A stretch of DNA of 64,000 nt from Nannocystis bainbridge (GCF_028368995.1 NZ_JAQNDL010000003.1:1184001-1248000); one strand, 5' to 3'. Counted from the first letter of the stretch, positions 1 through 14,825 are shown. The notes: a model not told the origin generated them from the sequence alone. Numbers and translations are program-made.

Positions 1-1902
1 CCGGGCCGCTGGCTGTTGATCGCCGAGCCCGGCCCGTTCGCCGACGCCGTGGTAACCGGCCTGCACGCCCGCGACCAGGCCTGCGAGCGGCTCCCCCTGG
101 GCTCCGCCGCCTCCGCCGAATCCCTCGTGCAAGCCCTCGAACAGCGCCGCGAAGGCCCGCCGTGGCGCGGCGTCATCCACCTCGGCGCCCTCGACGAATC
201 CGCCTCCATCGCCTCCTCGCAAGCCGCACCGGCTCAAGACTCCCACCCCGTCCAATCATCGCACCAAGGCCGAGCATCCGCGCCGCCATCTCACCATTCC
301 CACGAATCATCGCCCATCGAATCGTCGCCCATCGAATCCCCGCTCCCCGACGAATCGTATGACCTCGACGCCGCCCGACTCGACGCCGCCCAGACTGTCG
401 GCTACGGCGTCGGCCTGCACCTCGTCCAGGCCCTCGCCCGGCTCGCCTGGCGCGACCCACCGCGTCTTTGGTTCGTCACCCGCGACCTCGCCGCCCTCCC
501 CGACGCCGGCCCCCTCGACATCACCCACGCCCCGCTGTGGGGGCTCGGTCGCACCGTCCCGTTCGAGCACCCCGAGCTGCGCTGCAAGCGGGTCGACGTC
601 GACCGCGACCTCGCCACCGCGTCCGCCCTCGTCGACGAGCTGTGGGCCGACGACCTCGAGGAAGAGGTCGCTCTTCGCGGCCCCACTCGGCACCTCGCGC
701 GCGTCGTCCCGCTCGAGCTCCCGCCCGCCGAGCCCCCCGCGATCCACGGCGACGCCACCTACCTGATCACCGGCGGCCTCGGCGGCCTCGGCCTGCTCGC
801 CGCCGGCTGGCTCGTCGATCGCGGCGCCCGTCACCTCGCCCTCCTCGGCCGCGGCCCCGCCACCGCCGATCAGACCGCCGCCCTCGCCGAGCTCGAGCGC
901 CGCGGCGCCCGCCTCGAGCACCTCCGCTGCGACGTCGCCGACCTCGAAGCCCTCGCCACCGCCCTGCACCGGCTCGACGCCACCATGCCCCCGCTGCGCG
1001 GCGTCCTCCACACCGCCGGCGTCCTCGACGACGGCCTCATCGCCGGCCAGACCGTGGACCGCCTGCGCACCGTGCTCGCGCCCAAGCTGCGCGGCGCCTG
1101 CAACCTCCACCGCCTCACCCGCGCGCGCCCCCTCGACCTCTTCGTCCTCTACTCCTCCGTCTCCGCCGTGCTCGGCGCGCCCGGCCTCGCCAACTACGTC
1201 GCCGCCAACGCCGCCCTCGACGCCCTCGCCCACCATCGCCGCCGCCTCGGCTTGCCGGCCACCAGCATCGACTGGGGCCTGTTCTCCGGCGTCGGCATGG
1301 GCCGCCTCGCCGGCGCCAGCCTGTCCGCCCGCGGCGTCGGCGACATCCGCCCCGACGACGGCGCCGCGATCCTCCTCGACGCCGTCGCCAGCGGCCGCCC
1401 GCAGCTCGGCGTCGCCCTGCTCGACGCCCAGCAGTGGCTCGAGTTTTATCCCCAGCGCGCCGCCTCGACCCTGCTCGCCCCGCTGCTGGGCCGCGGCTCC
1501 CGGACCCGCCCCGCGGCCCCCGCCGCCCAGGCCCTGCGCGCCGCCCTGCGCGACGGCGACCCCGCCGGACGCCGCCTCGCCCTCGACCGCTTCATCACCG
1601 CGCAGGTCGCCGAGATCGTGCGCATCGAGCCCACGCGCATCGATCGCGACCTCCCGTTCAGGCAGCTCGGCTTCGACTCCTTGCTCGGCCTCGAGCTGCG
1701 CAACCGCCTCGAAGCCGGCCTCGGCCTGACCCTCTCCGCCACCCTGATCTGGACCTGGCCGACCGTGAACGAGCTCGCCCGCCACCTCGGCGAGCGCCTC
1801 GGCTGGGACGCCCCGCCGCCCGCACCCGCCCCCGCCCCGGTCGACCTCGACGACCTCGACGACCTCGAGCTGCTCGAGCTCGGCGAGCGACTGCTCGGCT
1901 GA
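1..1902 (+). CDS. Type I PKS, C-terminal part (KR-ACP); 5' end lies upstream of the window
   Basis: TYLITGGLGGLG NADPH-binding motif, HTAGVLDDG (LDD, B-type KR), catalytic YSS..NYVAAN, ACP motif LGFDSL. Confidence 0.95.
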   Translation, partial: PGRWLLIAEPGPFADAVVTGLHARDQACERLPLGSAASAESLVQALEQRREGPPWRGVIHLGALDESASIASSQAAPAQDSHPVQSSHQGRASAPPSHHSHESSPIESSPIESPLPDESYDLDAARLDAAQTVGYGVGLHLVQALARLAWRDPPRLWFVTRDLAALPDAGPLDITHAPLWGLGRTVPFEHPELRCKRVDVDRDLATASALVDELWADDLEEEVALRGPTRHLARVVPLELPPAEPPAIHGDATYLITGGLGGLGLLAAGWLVDRGARHLALLGRGPATADQTAALAELERRGARLEHLRCDVADLEALATALHRLDATMPPLRGVLHTAGVLDDGLIAGQTVDRLRTVLAPKLRGACNLHRLTRARPLDLFVLYSSVSAVLGAPGLANYVAANAALDALAHHRRRLGLPATSIDWGLFSGVGMGRLAGASLSARGVGDIRPDDGAAILLDAVASGRPQLGVALLDAQQWLEFYPQRAASTLLAPLLGRGSRTRPAAPAAQALRAALRDGDPAGRRLALDRFITAQVAEIVRIEPTRIDRDLPFRQLGFDSLLGLELRNRLEAGLGLTLSATLIWTWPTVNELARHLGERLGWDAPPPAPAPAPVDLDDLDDLELLELGERLLG

Positions 1903-1939
1903 CCTATCAACCTGGCCGAGAACCGCGGCTCGCCGCGTT

Positions 1940-2065
1940 ACCTGTCCCGAGAGACACATAACCGTCACCGCACGCACCTGTCCCGAGAGACACATACCGT
2001 CACCGCACGCACCTGTCCCGAGAGACACATACCGTCACCGCACGCACCTGTCCCGAGAGACACAT
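1940..2065. repeat. Intergenic tandem repeat, about 3.5 x 35 bp (ACCTGTCCCGAGAGACACATACCGTCACCGCACGC)
   Basis: Copies start at 1940 (36 bp), 1976, 2011 and 2046 (partial); each contains TGTCC-CGAG-AGACA. Confidence 0.95.
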
Positions 2066-2122
2066 CATTCCCCGCGGCGCGGGACCTCGCCGCCTCTCCC
2101 CACGCGACTTCCACGGACCGCC

Positions 2123-6720
<4,598 letters not shown>

Positions 6721-6724
<4 letters not shown>

Positions 6725-7494
6725 CCGTCCGCGACCCCACCGCGCTGTGGTTCCACAGCCCGCGCCCGCACCCCACCGCCCGCCTGCGCCTGTTCTGCTG
6801 CGCCCACGCCGGCGCCGCCGGCCACGTCTTTCACGCCTGGCCCGCCGGCCTCCCGCCCGACATCGAGGTCTGCGCCGTCCAGCTCCCCGGTCGCGCCTTT
6901 CGCCTCGCCGAGCCCGCCTACACCGCCGTCGCGCCGCTCGTCGCTGCCCTCGACGCCGCCGCCGCCCCGCTGCTCGACCGGCCCTTCGCCGTCTTCGGAC
7001 ACAGCATGGGCGCCCTCGTCGCCTTCGAGTGGACCCGCGCCCTCCGGCGCCGCGGCGGCCCGCAGCCCGAGCGCCTGTGCCTGTCCGCCTTCCGCGGCCC
7101 GCACCTCCCCGACCCCGCCAGCCCCTTGCACCCGCTCGCTGACGACGCCTTCGTCACCGCCCTGCAGCAGCGCCACGGCGTCCTCGACGACGCCCTCGCC
7201 GACCCCGAGCTGCGCGCCTTGATGCTCCCCGTCCTGCGCGCCGACTTCACCGTGCTCGAGACCTACGCTCACGCCCGCGAGCCCGCGCTCGACCTCCCGC
7301 TCCACGCCTTTGCCGGCAGCGACGACCGCGGCGTCCCCCCGCGCGACGTCGCCGCCTGGGCGCTGCACGCCGGCCGCGGCTTCAGCCTCGACGTCCTCCC
7401 TGGCGGCCACTTCTTCCTCCACACCGCCCGGGCCGACCTGCTCGCCCGGCTCTCGCGTCTGTTGTCTGCCCCACGCGCTCAGGAGCACCCGTGA
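6721..7494 (+). CDS. Type II thioesterase
   Basis: RLFCCAHAG, GHSMG nucleophile motif, LRADF, GGHFF; GTGA overlap with the PKS stop. Confidence 0.93.
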
Positions 7495-8723
7495 CTGCCA
7501 CCACCGCCGCCCCCGCCATCGCCTTCGACCCGAGCGACCTCGGCTTCATCGCCGACCCGTACCCCACCTATCGCCGGCTGCGCGAGCAGGCCCCCGTCTA
7601 CCGCTGGGAGCCGGCCCGCATCTGGGTCGTCAGTCGCTATCACGACGTCGTCACCGTCCTGCGCGACCGCCGATTCAGCCTCGACGACAGCCACTGGGAG
7701 TTCGCCGCCCCGCCGCCCCCCGGCGCCCTGCCGACGCCCTATCAATCGCTGATGAAGAACAGCCTGTTCCGCCTGCCCGAGGTCGATCACCAGCGGATCC
7801 GCCGGCTCGTCGCGCCCGCCATGAGCCCGCGGACCCTCGTCGGCCTCCAGCGCGACGTCGACGCCGTCGTCGGCGACGCCCTCGCTCGCCTCGCCGGCCG
7901 CGACCAGGTCGACATCGCCCGCGAGTTCTCCGAGCGGATCCCCCTGCGCGTCATCGGTCGCATGCTGCAGATCCCCGAGCGTCACGAGGAGACCTTCCGC
8001 CGGTTCGGCCTCGCCCTCATCGACTCCATCAGCGTCGCCCTCTCGCCCGACGAGTTCGCCGCCACCATCGCCCCGATCCCCGCCGGCCTCGACATGCTCA
8101 ACGAGGTCATCGAGGACCGTCGCCGCGATCACGAGCCGGGCCTGCTCACCGCCTGGATCGAGGCCGAGGAGGCCGGCGAGCGGCTCACCCGCGACGAGCT
8201 CGTCGCCCTCGCCGGCAGCATGATCACCGCCGGCACCGACACCGCCGTCCAGCTCGTCAGCTTCGCCGTGCTCGACCTCCTGCGCCACCCTGACCAGCTC
8301 GCCCGCCTGCGCGCCGACCCTGGCCTCGTGCGCGGCGCGATCGACGAGGTCCTGCGCTTCGACCACTTCGGCAAGGGCGGCGTCCCTCGCTTCCCGATCG
8401 AGGACGTCGAGCTCGGCGGTCAGCTCATTCGCCGCGGCGAGATGGTCATCGCCCTGGTCGGCTCCGCCCTGCGCGACCCCGACGTCTTCCCCGACCCCGA
8501 CCGCCTCGACATCGCTCGCAGCCAGGCCCAGAGCATCGCCTTCGGCAGCGGCCCCCACTTCTGCGCCGGCGCCTCGCTCGGCCGCATGATGAGCCAGACC
8601 GCCGTGCTCTCGCTCGTCACCCGCTACCCCGACCTCGCCCTCGCCGCCCCGCCGACCTTCGAGAGCCACGCCTTCCTGCGCAAGATCAGCAGCCTCCCCG
8701 TCAGCCTCGGCACGCCGGCATGA
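7491..8723 (+). CDS. Cytochrome P450
   Basis: I-helix AGTDT, ExxR (EVLR), heme motif FGSGPHFCAG. Confidence 0.95.
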   Translation: MTATTAAPAIAFDPSDLGFIADPYPTYRRLREQAPVYRWEPARIWVVSRYHDVVTVLRDRRFSLDDSHWEFAAPPPPGALPTPYQSLMKNSLFRLPEVDHQRIRRLVAPAMSPRTLVGLQRDVDAVVGDALARLAGRDQVDIAREFSERIPLRVIGRMLQIPERHEETFRRFGLALIDSISVALSPDEFAATIAPIPAGLDMLNEVIEDRRRDHEPGLLTAWIEAEEAGERLTRDELVALAGSMITAGTDTAVQLVSFAVLDLLRHPDQLARLRADPGLVRGAIDEVLRFDHFGKGGVPRFPIEDVELGGQLIRRGEMVIALVGSALRDPDVFPDPDRLDIARSQAQSIAFGSGPHFCAGASLGRMMSQTAVLSLVTRYPDLALAAPPTFESHAFLRKISSLPVSLGTPA

Positions 8724-8762
8724 CCCCGGGGACATGTCCATTCGGACATATCCTTAAAAACT
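8721..8762. repeat. Chain of three 14-bp TGTCC-N4-GGACA-type dyads starting at the P450 stop codon
   Basis: tgacc-ccgg-ggaca / tgtcc-attc-ggaca / tatcc-ttaa-aaact. Confidence 0.8.
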
Positions 8763-8962
8763 CGCGCAAACCGCCGACGTCTCCGGCCCGCCCTGCGCCG
8801 CCGCAGGCCGGGCGGTGCACGCCGAGCTCCGCGTGGGACCGGCGCTGCCGCGCGCCTCGCAGTCGCGCCGGGCTCCTCGCTGCCACCGACGCCGCCGGGC
8901 GCCATGATGCGCGCGTCCTCGCCACCCACGAATGCAACCGCCCGTGGTATGCCGACGACGCG

Positions 8963-9577
8963 ATGACCGACGACACCGCGTCGAACCTGCTCGCTGATCT
9001 GCTCGCGCACCTCGAGCGCGACGGCGAGGTGCCGCCCGCCTGGCTCGCGCTGCACATCCCGGACGGGTCGCTCACCCGGGCCTGGCACGCGACTGCGGAC
9101 GTGTTGACGCTGGTGCTGGCCGCGATGCGAGCCCATGGCACGACCGCGACCGTGCTGGCCATTTGCGCGGTCGCCCGCGCCGAGCTCGCGCGCATATCAC
9201 CGTCCCTCGTCGGGGCCCGGCTCGCAGGCGCGCTCGAGGCGGCCGAGTCGCTCGTGCGCGGCACCGGCCCGCGAGACGCCGTCGACGAGGCGTTCGGCTG
9301 CCTCCATCCGCAGGAGCTGTGGTGGTCGCACGACCCGAGCCCGAGCGACGAAGCGGAGCGCGTTCAGGCGTTCGGCCTCGGCGTCGGCTTGCTGGTGTGG
9401 TTCGTCCTCGACGTCGAAGCGGGCGAGGTGACCCCGGCAGAGGCCGCGACCTCGCTCGACGAGAGCGACCACGATTCATACTTCCTCGAGACCGCGCAGG
9501 AGCTGCTGCCCTCGCTGCGCGCCGCGCTGCCGTGCCCGACGCTCGCCCGGCTGCGCGCGGCGTACGAACACGACTGA
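8963..9577 (+). CDS. Hypothetical protein, helical; weak resemblance to Imm5-like immunity proteins
   Basis: Protein-like composition from MTDDTAS onward; LAICAVARAEL..ALEAAESLVRG segment. Confidence 0.55.
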   Translation: MTDDTASNLLADLLAHLERDGEVPPAWLALHIPDGSLTRAWHATADVLTLVLAAMRAHGTTATVLAICAVARAELARISPSLVGARLAGALEAAESLVRGTGPRDAVDEAFGCLHPQELWWSHDPSPSDEAERVQAFGLGVGLLVWFVLDVEAGEVTPAEAATSLDESDHDSYFLETAQELLPSLRAALPCPTLARLRAAYEHD

Positions 9578-9662
9578 GAGCGTCCGGCGCCACATGCCCT
9601 TGCGACAGCGCCGCCGCCGCATCGCCGTTCAGCAATGCGGCGACGGCACCCTCGTCACCGGA

Positions 9663-10325
9663 TCAGAAGCCGGAGCTTTTCAGCGACTCCACCGGCGTGT
9701 TGAGCAACTGCTGCTCCCACAGGAACGCGATACCGCTCCCCGCCGCGTGCTCCTTGAGCACCTCCACGAACTCGGCGGTGTGTTCGGTACGCGCATGGTC
9801 GCGCAGCCATTCGGATGCCAGCGCCAGCCACGTCATCACGTTGGCGCCGGCGGCGATCATGCGCTGGATGGCGACCTCATGCGCCTCGAGCGAGACACCG
9901 CCGCAGGCATCGGTGATCACCGTCACGTCCCAACCGTCGCCGAGAGCGTGGATCACGGGCATCGCCACGCAGATCTCGGTGTAGAGGCCGGCGATGACCA
10001 ACTGCTTGCGGCCCGTCGCCTTGACGATGTCGACGACCTTCTTGTCTTCCCAGGTGTTGAGCGTGGTGCGATCGATCACCTTCTCGTCGGGGAAGACATC
10101 GGTGATCTGCGGAAAGATGAACCCGCCCCGATCGGCGATGACGCTGGTGATGATGGTCGGGACGCGAAACGCCCTGGCGGTCTTCGTCAGCGCCGCCACG
10201 TTGTTGACCACGACTTGCGGGACGTGGCTGTTGAGATTCGCGAGCTGGAAGGGCTGGTGATCGATCAGGACGAGCACGGAATCTTCGGGGCGAAGCAGCG
10301 AGTCGAGGCCGTTGCGAAAGCTCAT
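9663..10325 (-). CDS. Isochorismatase-family (YcaC-like) hydrolase
   Basis: LVLIDHQP, DRTTLNTWED, AGLYTEICVA, DACGG. Confidence 0.9.
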   Translation of the reverse strand: MSFRNGLDSLLRPEDSVLVLIDHQPFQLANLNSHVPQVVVNNVAALTKTARAFRVPTIITSVIADRGGFIFPQITDVFPDEKVIDRTTLNTWEDKKVVDIVKATGRKQLVIAGLYTEICVAMPVIHALGDGWDVTVITDACGGVSLEAHEVAIQRMIAAGANVMTWLALASEWLRDHARTEHTAEFVEVLKEHAAGSGIAFLWEQQLLNTPVESLKSSGF

Positions 10326-10472
10326 GGTGATCCTCTGAGGTCGTTGAAAAGGGGCTGTTTGCCGGGTGGCAGGCAATGGCATCAGCGTTGCCTCGAAGAA
10401 CATTGACAGTCCGACTTTTGATACGCTAGCCTCGTTTCGACCTACTCTGTGTCGCAGATCGGGGAACGCCAG

Positions 10473-11369
10473 ATGGATATCGAGGAGCTGAAGACCTTCG
10501 TGGAAGTCGCCGACGCCGGAGGCATCACCTCGGCGGCCCGCAGGCTCGGCGTGGCCAAGGCCATCGTCAGCCGGCGGCTCATCCGGCTCGAGGCAGACCT
10601 CGGCGTGCAGTTGCTGGCGCGGACCACGCGAGGCGCGTCGCTGACGGAGGCGGGCGCGACATTTCGCGACTACGCCGCGAAGGTGGTCGCCGAGATCGAC
10701 ATCGCGCGCGAGACCATCCTGCCCAGCGGCGAACTGCGCGGCCGCCTGCGGATCGCCGCGCCGCTCTCGTTCGGCCCGACGCATTTCGCACCGGTGCTCG
10801 CCGAGTTGGCGCGACGACACCCGGCCCTGCACGTCCACGCGTGTTACAGCGATCAGTTCGTCGACCTGATCGACGAGGGGTACGATTGCGCGATCCGTGT
10901 CGGTCGGCTGCCGCCCTCGACGCTGCTCGCGCAACGCGTCGGACCGATCTACGCCACGCTGGTCGCGAGCCCGGACTACATCGTGGCGAACGGGATGCCC
11001 GAGACGCTGGAGGACCTCCCCGACCACGAGGCCATCCTGCAGGGCACGGAATCATGGTACTTCAGGGACGGTGAGCAGACGATCGCGGTCAAGCCCCAGG
11101 GCAGGGTCAAGGCCGACAACGGCGTCGCTATCGCAGCCGCGGTGCTCGCGGGTCTCGGCATTGCCATGCTGCCGGACAGGCTGATCGCCGAGCATCTGGC
11201 ATCCGGCGCGCTCGTCCCGGTGCTGACGCGCTATCCGCCGCCCGAGTTCGGCATCTTCGTCGTGCGTCCGCCGGCGCAGCATCCTGCGCGCAAGGTCCGG
11301 GTGCTGACCGAGCTCCTGATCGAGCGCTGCGGAACCGCGCCGCACGTCTCGGGCACGGCGCCAGGTTGA
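10473..11369 (+). CDS. LysR-family transcriptional regulator
   Basis: N-terminal HTH (ITSAARRLGVAKAIVSRRL, LLARTTR) and substrate-binding domain; divergent from the hydrolase. Confidence 0.93.
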   Translation: MDIEELKTFVEVADAGGITSAARRLGVAKAIVSRRLIRLEADLGVQLLARTTRGASLTEAGATFRDYAAKVVAEIDIARETILPSGELRGRLRIAAPLSFGPTHFAPVLAELARRHPALHVHACYSDQFVDLIDEGYDCAIRVGRLPPSTLLAQRVGPIYATLVASPDYIVANGMPETLEDLPDHEAILQGTESWYFRDGEQTIAVKPQGRVKADNGVAIAAAVLAGLGIAMLPDRLIAEHLASGALVPVLTRYPPPEFGIFVVRPPAQHPARKVRVLTELLIERCGTAPHVSGTAPG

Positions 11370-11462
11370 ACGCACCGGCAGCGAGTACGGAAGTCGCCGG
11401 ATTCGGGCCCGCAGGGGAGCCTAAATGGTGCCAGTCGTCGGGACCTCGCTCCGCTATCGTCG

Positions 11463-11567
11463 CAGCACGACCTCGTCGGTCCTGCCGGTCGCGCCGCGCA
11501 GGTCGGCGCCGGGGTGGTCGATGATGTCTGCCCGGACTGCGGCGCCGCGATCGATCTCAACGTCCGA
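11463..11567 (+). pseudogene. Remnant of the 3' end of a paralog of the MBL-fold gene at 45709-49367
   Basis: Reads QHDLVGPAGRA-AQVGAGVVDDVCPDCGAAIDLNV versus QHDAVSPAGHVA..AQVVAGVINYVCPDCGAAIDFNV at the other locus. Confidence 0.85.
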
Positions 11568-11662
11568 GCAATCGATGCTCCCCCTGGCCTCTCGGTGAAC
11601 CCCACGCTGCCCCGGCGGAGCAGAGCCCCCGCACCGCCGCCGCCGGGTGCTTCGCCGGCCGC

Positions 11663-13033
11663 TCACTTCGGGCAGGGCGGATCCGTCGGACACGAGTCGT
11701 TCAGCGGCTGGGGAAATGTCTGCAGGCAGCGCGCGACACCGACGAAGGTGTTGGTAACGGTGAAGTCGAGCGGATCGCCGACCCAGCCGCGCACCACCCC
11801 GTCGCGGGCGCTGTGCTCGATGCGGCTGCTCGTGAGGAACACCGAGGCCGGCTGCTGGCCATAGAACACCACCGCGCCCTCGTTGGAGAAGGTGTCGCCC
11901 GACAGCCCGCAGTCGTAGCTGGAGATCCCCGAGACGCCGCCGGCGTAGGCGATCGTCGTGTGCTCGATGCGATTGTCGGCGGACGGTGTGCCCTTGAAGG
12001 TGATGCCCACCCAGTCGCCGGGCGCCGGCGCATCGGCCCCCGAGGTGATCACGATCGGCTTCTCCGCGGTGCCGAGCGCGCGCAAGCTGCCGGTGGCGGC
12101 TTCTTCGGTGACGTAAGCCTGCACCAGCAGCCGCGAGCCCGGCTGGAAGCGCAGCTGCACGCCCGGCTCGATGGACAAGCTGCCGGGCGTGCGATCGTCG
12201 CCGCTGCTGCCGACCACCATCATACCGGTGACCATATGATAGGGCACGCCGCGATCGTGAAGGGTGGCCTCACCGACGATCTGCGAGTTGCCGAAGCCCT
12301 CGTCGATCAGGATCTCGTCGTCCTGGTTGCCGGTGTATTGACCGCTCGGCACGCTGCTCGCGGCGCGTTGCCACAGGCGCAGCGGCGCCGAGCCGCTGCC
12401 GGTGACGGTGAGCTCGCTCGAGTCGTCGCTGAACGTGGCGTTCTGGCTCAGCAAGGCGCCGAGAGAGGCCGAATCTTCGATGGTCACGTGCTGCACGCTC
12501 GCCAGCGGCATCAGCCCCTGGGGCGAGCGCGGATCGCCGACCAGGACCAGGGTGCCGGTCTCGTCGATGCGCGAGTTGCCGAGCGCGCCGCCGCCCCGCA
12601 GCGTGGCGTGGGCCAGGCGCATACGGCCCGTCTCGGCGACGCGCAGGCTGTCCCAGGCCGCGGCCCCGGCCCGCTCGAAGACGATGGGTTTGTCGGCGGC
12701 GCCCTCGGCGATCAGCTCGCCTTCGATCTGCATGCCGACGCGATCGCCGAAGCGCACCACCGCGCAGGGCTCGATGGTCAGTCGCTGCCCCTCCGAGATG
12801 ATCGGCGGAAAATCCACGATGTGGGGGCTTGCGGCCGCGGTCCACACCGTGTCGTCGGACTCGAGCGCGGCGGTCGCGTGCACGGTGCCCTCACCGCTCG
12901 GGACACCGCACGTCTCGGGGACGTCGGTCGCGGTGTCGGTGCCAGGATCGGCCCCTTCTCCGCCCTCGCAGGCGACCACGGCAGCGGCGCAGAACAGGAG
13001 AGCGGACCCTGGCAACGAGCGAATTGACGGCAT
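11663..13033 (-). CDS. Lipoprotein with parallel beta-helix-like repeats
   Basis: Lipobox VVAC; repeated LTIEPxxxxRF..L.A.G.A.KPIV..W motif. Confidence 0.8.
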   Translation of the reverse strand: MPSIRSLPGSALLFCAAAVVACEGGEGADPGTDTATDVPETCGVPSGEGTVHATAALESDDTVWTAAASPHIVDFPPIISEGQRLTIEPCAVVRFGDRVGMQIEGELIAEGAADKPIVFERAGAAAWDSLRVAETGRMRLAHATLRGGGALGNSRIDETGTLVLVGDPRSPQGLMPLASVQHVTIEDSASLGALLSQNATFSDDSSELTVTGSGSAPLRLWQRAASSVPSGQYTGNQDDEILIDEGFGNSQIVGEATLHDRGVPYHMVTGMMVVGSSGDDRTPGSLSIEPGVQLRFQPGSRLLVQAYVTEEAATGSLRALGTAEKPIVITSGADAPAPGDWVGITFKGTPSADNRIEHTTIAYAGGVSGISSYDCGLSGDTFSNEGAVVFYGQQPASVFLTSSRIEHSARDGVVRGWVGDPLDFTVTNTFVGVARCLQTFPQPLNDSCPTDPPCPK

Positions 13034-13175
13034 GAAGCTCCTGGGCGGCGCGCGAGGATGCACCCCGAAAAGACTCGCCGCCCGCACGCCATGCTCCAAG
13101 GTTTTGTGCAGCTCCGCCATACTCCGAACACCCGGCGCATTGACCCTTCGGCGTCACTTTTTCCGGAGACCGAGC

Positions 13176-14474
13176 ATGTTCACCCGCCCCCCCACGAGCC
13201 GCCCCCCGCTCGTCACCGGCAAGGCCGCCATCGATCTCGTCGAGGCCGCCTACCAGCTCGACGGCACGGAGACCGAGTGGCTCGCGGCCGTGACCGCGCG
13301 CGCCCAACCCGACCTCGACGTGGGCGCGGGGTTGTACGCATTCACCGGTGACAGCACCGCTCCGGACTACGCGCGCAGCCCGGTGTTCGCCGCGCGGGCG
13401 CTCTCGCCAGAGTTCCAGGCGCGCCTGCTCGAGCTCAACGAGACCGCCCCAGACGCCATCTTCGAGCTGCTGCGCAAGCGACTGGTGACCTGCGGCGGGC
13501 TTGAGCAGGTCCTCGGCCGCGGCTCACCGGTGGTCGAGCATTTCCGCCGTGTGATGGCGCGCGCGGGCATTTCCGACGGATTCTGCATGTTCGCCCAGGA
13601 CACCGAGGGCGGCAGCGTCACCCTGTCGGCGCCGTCCGCCGCGGTCGTGGCCCCGTCGCCGCGCGTGCGGGGGATCTGGCAGCGCGTGGGCTTGCATCTG
13701 GTGGCGGGGTTGCGCTTGCGACGCAAACTGGCGGCGCGCGTGATGGGTCGCGACGCCTTGCTGTCGCCGGCGGGGCGGGTCGAGGACGCCAGCGCCGAGG
13801 TCGCGGCCGATGGCGACGCACGCCGCGCGCTCACCGAAGCGGTGCAGGCCATGGACCGCGCGCGCAGCGTCGAGTTGCGCGGCTCCCCCGAGCGCGCCCT
13901 CGACCTCTGGCGCGGCCTGGTCGCCGGCCGCTGGTCGCTCGTGGAGCACTGGGAGCGAGACGGCCGCCGTTACCTGGCCGCCTACGCCAACCGCCCCGGC
14001 GTGCTCGACCCGCGCGCGCTGACCTCGACCGAGCAGAGCGTGCTCCGCCACCTGGCGCTGGGCGCTACCAACAAACAAGCCAGCTATGCGCTCGGCCTGC
14101 CGGAGAAGACCGTGTCGTCGTGCGTGACGCAGATCCTCAAGAAGCTGCGCGTCCGTTCGCGGGTGGAGCTGGCCGCCCTGCTCCAGGCCCGCAGCGCCGG
14201 GTCGCTCGACGTGGCCTTCGCCGAGGACCGGCTGCGGGTGCTGGCAGTCGACGTGAGCGTCGCCGACCCCGACTCGGTGCTCACCCCCTCCGAACGCGAG
14301 GTCGCCACCGGCGTCGCCCGTGGTCTCCGCAACGCCCAAATCGCCAGCGCGCGCGGCGTGGCGCCGAGCACCGTGGCCAAGCAGCTACAGACCATCTACG
14401 CCAAGCTCGGCGTCGACAACCGCAGCCAGCTCGCCCGCCACCTCACCCGCCACAATGGGCTGACGCGGGGGTGA
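13176..14474 (+). CDS. LuxR-family regulator with two HTH domains
   Basis: LTSTEQSVL..GATNKQAS..L and LTPSEREVA..GLRNAQIA..IYAKLGV. Confidence 0.88.
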   Translation: MFTRPPTSRPPLVTGKAAIDLVEAAYQLDGTETEWLAAVTARAQPDLDVGAGLYAFTGDSTAPDYARSPVFAARALSPEFQARLLELNETAPDAIFELLRKRLVTCGGLEQVLGRGSPVVEHFRRVMARAGISDGFCMFAQDTEGGSVTLSAPSAAVVAPSPRVRGIWQRVGLHLVAGLRLRRKLAARVMGRDALLSPAGRVEDASAEVAADGDARRALTEAVQAMDRARSVELRGSPERALDLWRGLVAGRWSLVEHWERDGRRYLAAYANRPGVLDPRALTSTEQSVLRHLALGATNKQASYALGLPEKTVSSCVTQILKKLRVRSRVELAALLQARSAGSLDVAFAEDRLRVLAVDVSVADPDSVLTPSEREVATGVARGLRNAQIASARGVAPSTVAKQLQTIYAKLGVDNRSQLARHLTRHNGLTRG

Positions 14475-14825
14475 GCGCATCGCGTCCCTGCGCCGCGGGC
14501 TCGGCGTGCAGGAGCACTATGCACAATCGGCATGGTCGATTGCTAATGATGTGTTCAGCCCCACAGACTTCGTCTGGATTGCGCTGACATCTCCTCGATC
14601 CGCGAATCCTTACTGCGCAAGATCTCGAAGTCGTCATCGCGCGCGGGCTCGAACACGGCGACCCGACCCGAGCTGCAGGCGATGGCGGCCCGCTCGCCGC
14701 GGAGGTTGACGCTGCCGCGAACGTGGCCAGCTCGCGCCCCCACCCAGGCCGCGCGCGACCGGATGCCGCATCGGGTGGTGTCGCTTCGGTGCTCATCCGG
14801 ACAACGACCCCAGGCCTCGCGGCCA

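Noticed and set aside
1940-2065. Possible CRISPR array
   Set aside because: Units are contiguous and near-identical with no unique spacers, and there are no cas genes in the window.
12402-13175. N-terminal extension of the LuxR ORF in the ORF track
   Set aside because: It overlaps the opposite-strand lipoprotein; ATG 13176 has an upstream GGAG and fits better.
14500-14710. Small ORF or gene fragment after the LuxR gene
   Set aside because: No recognisable motif or RBS, so a call cannot be supported.
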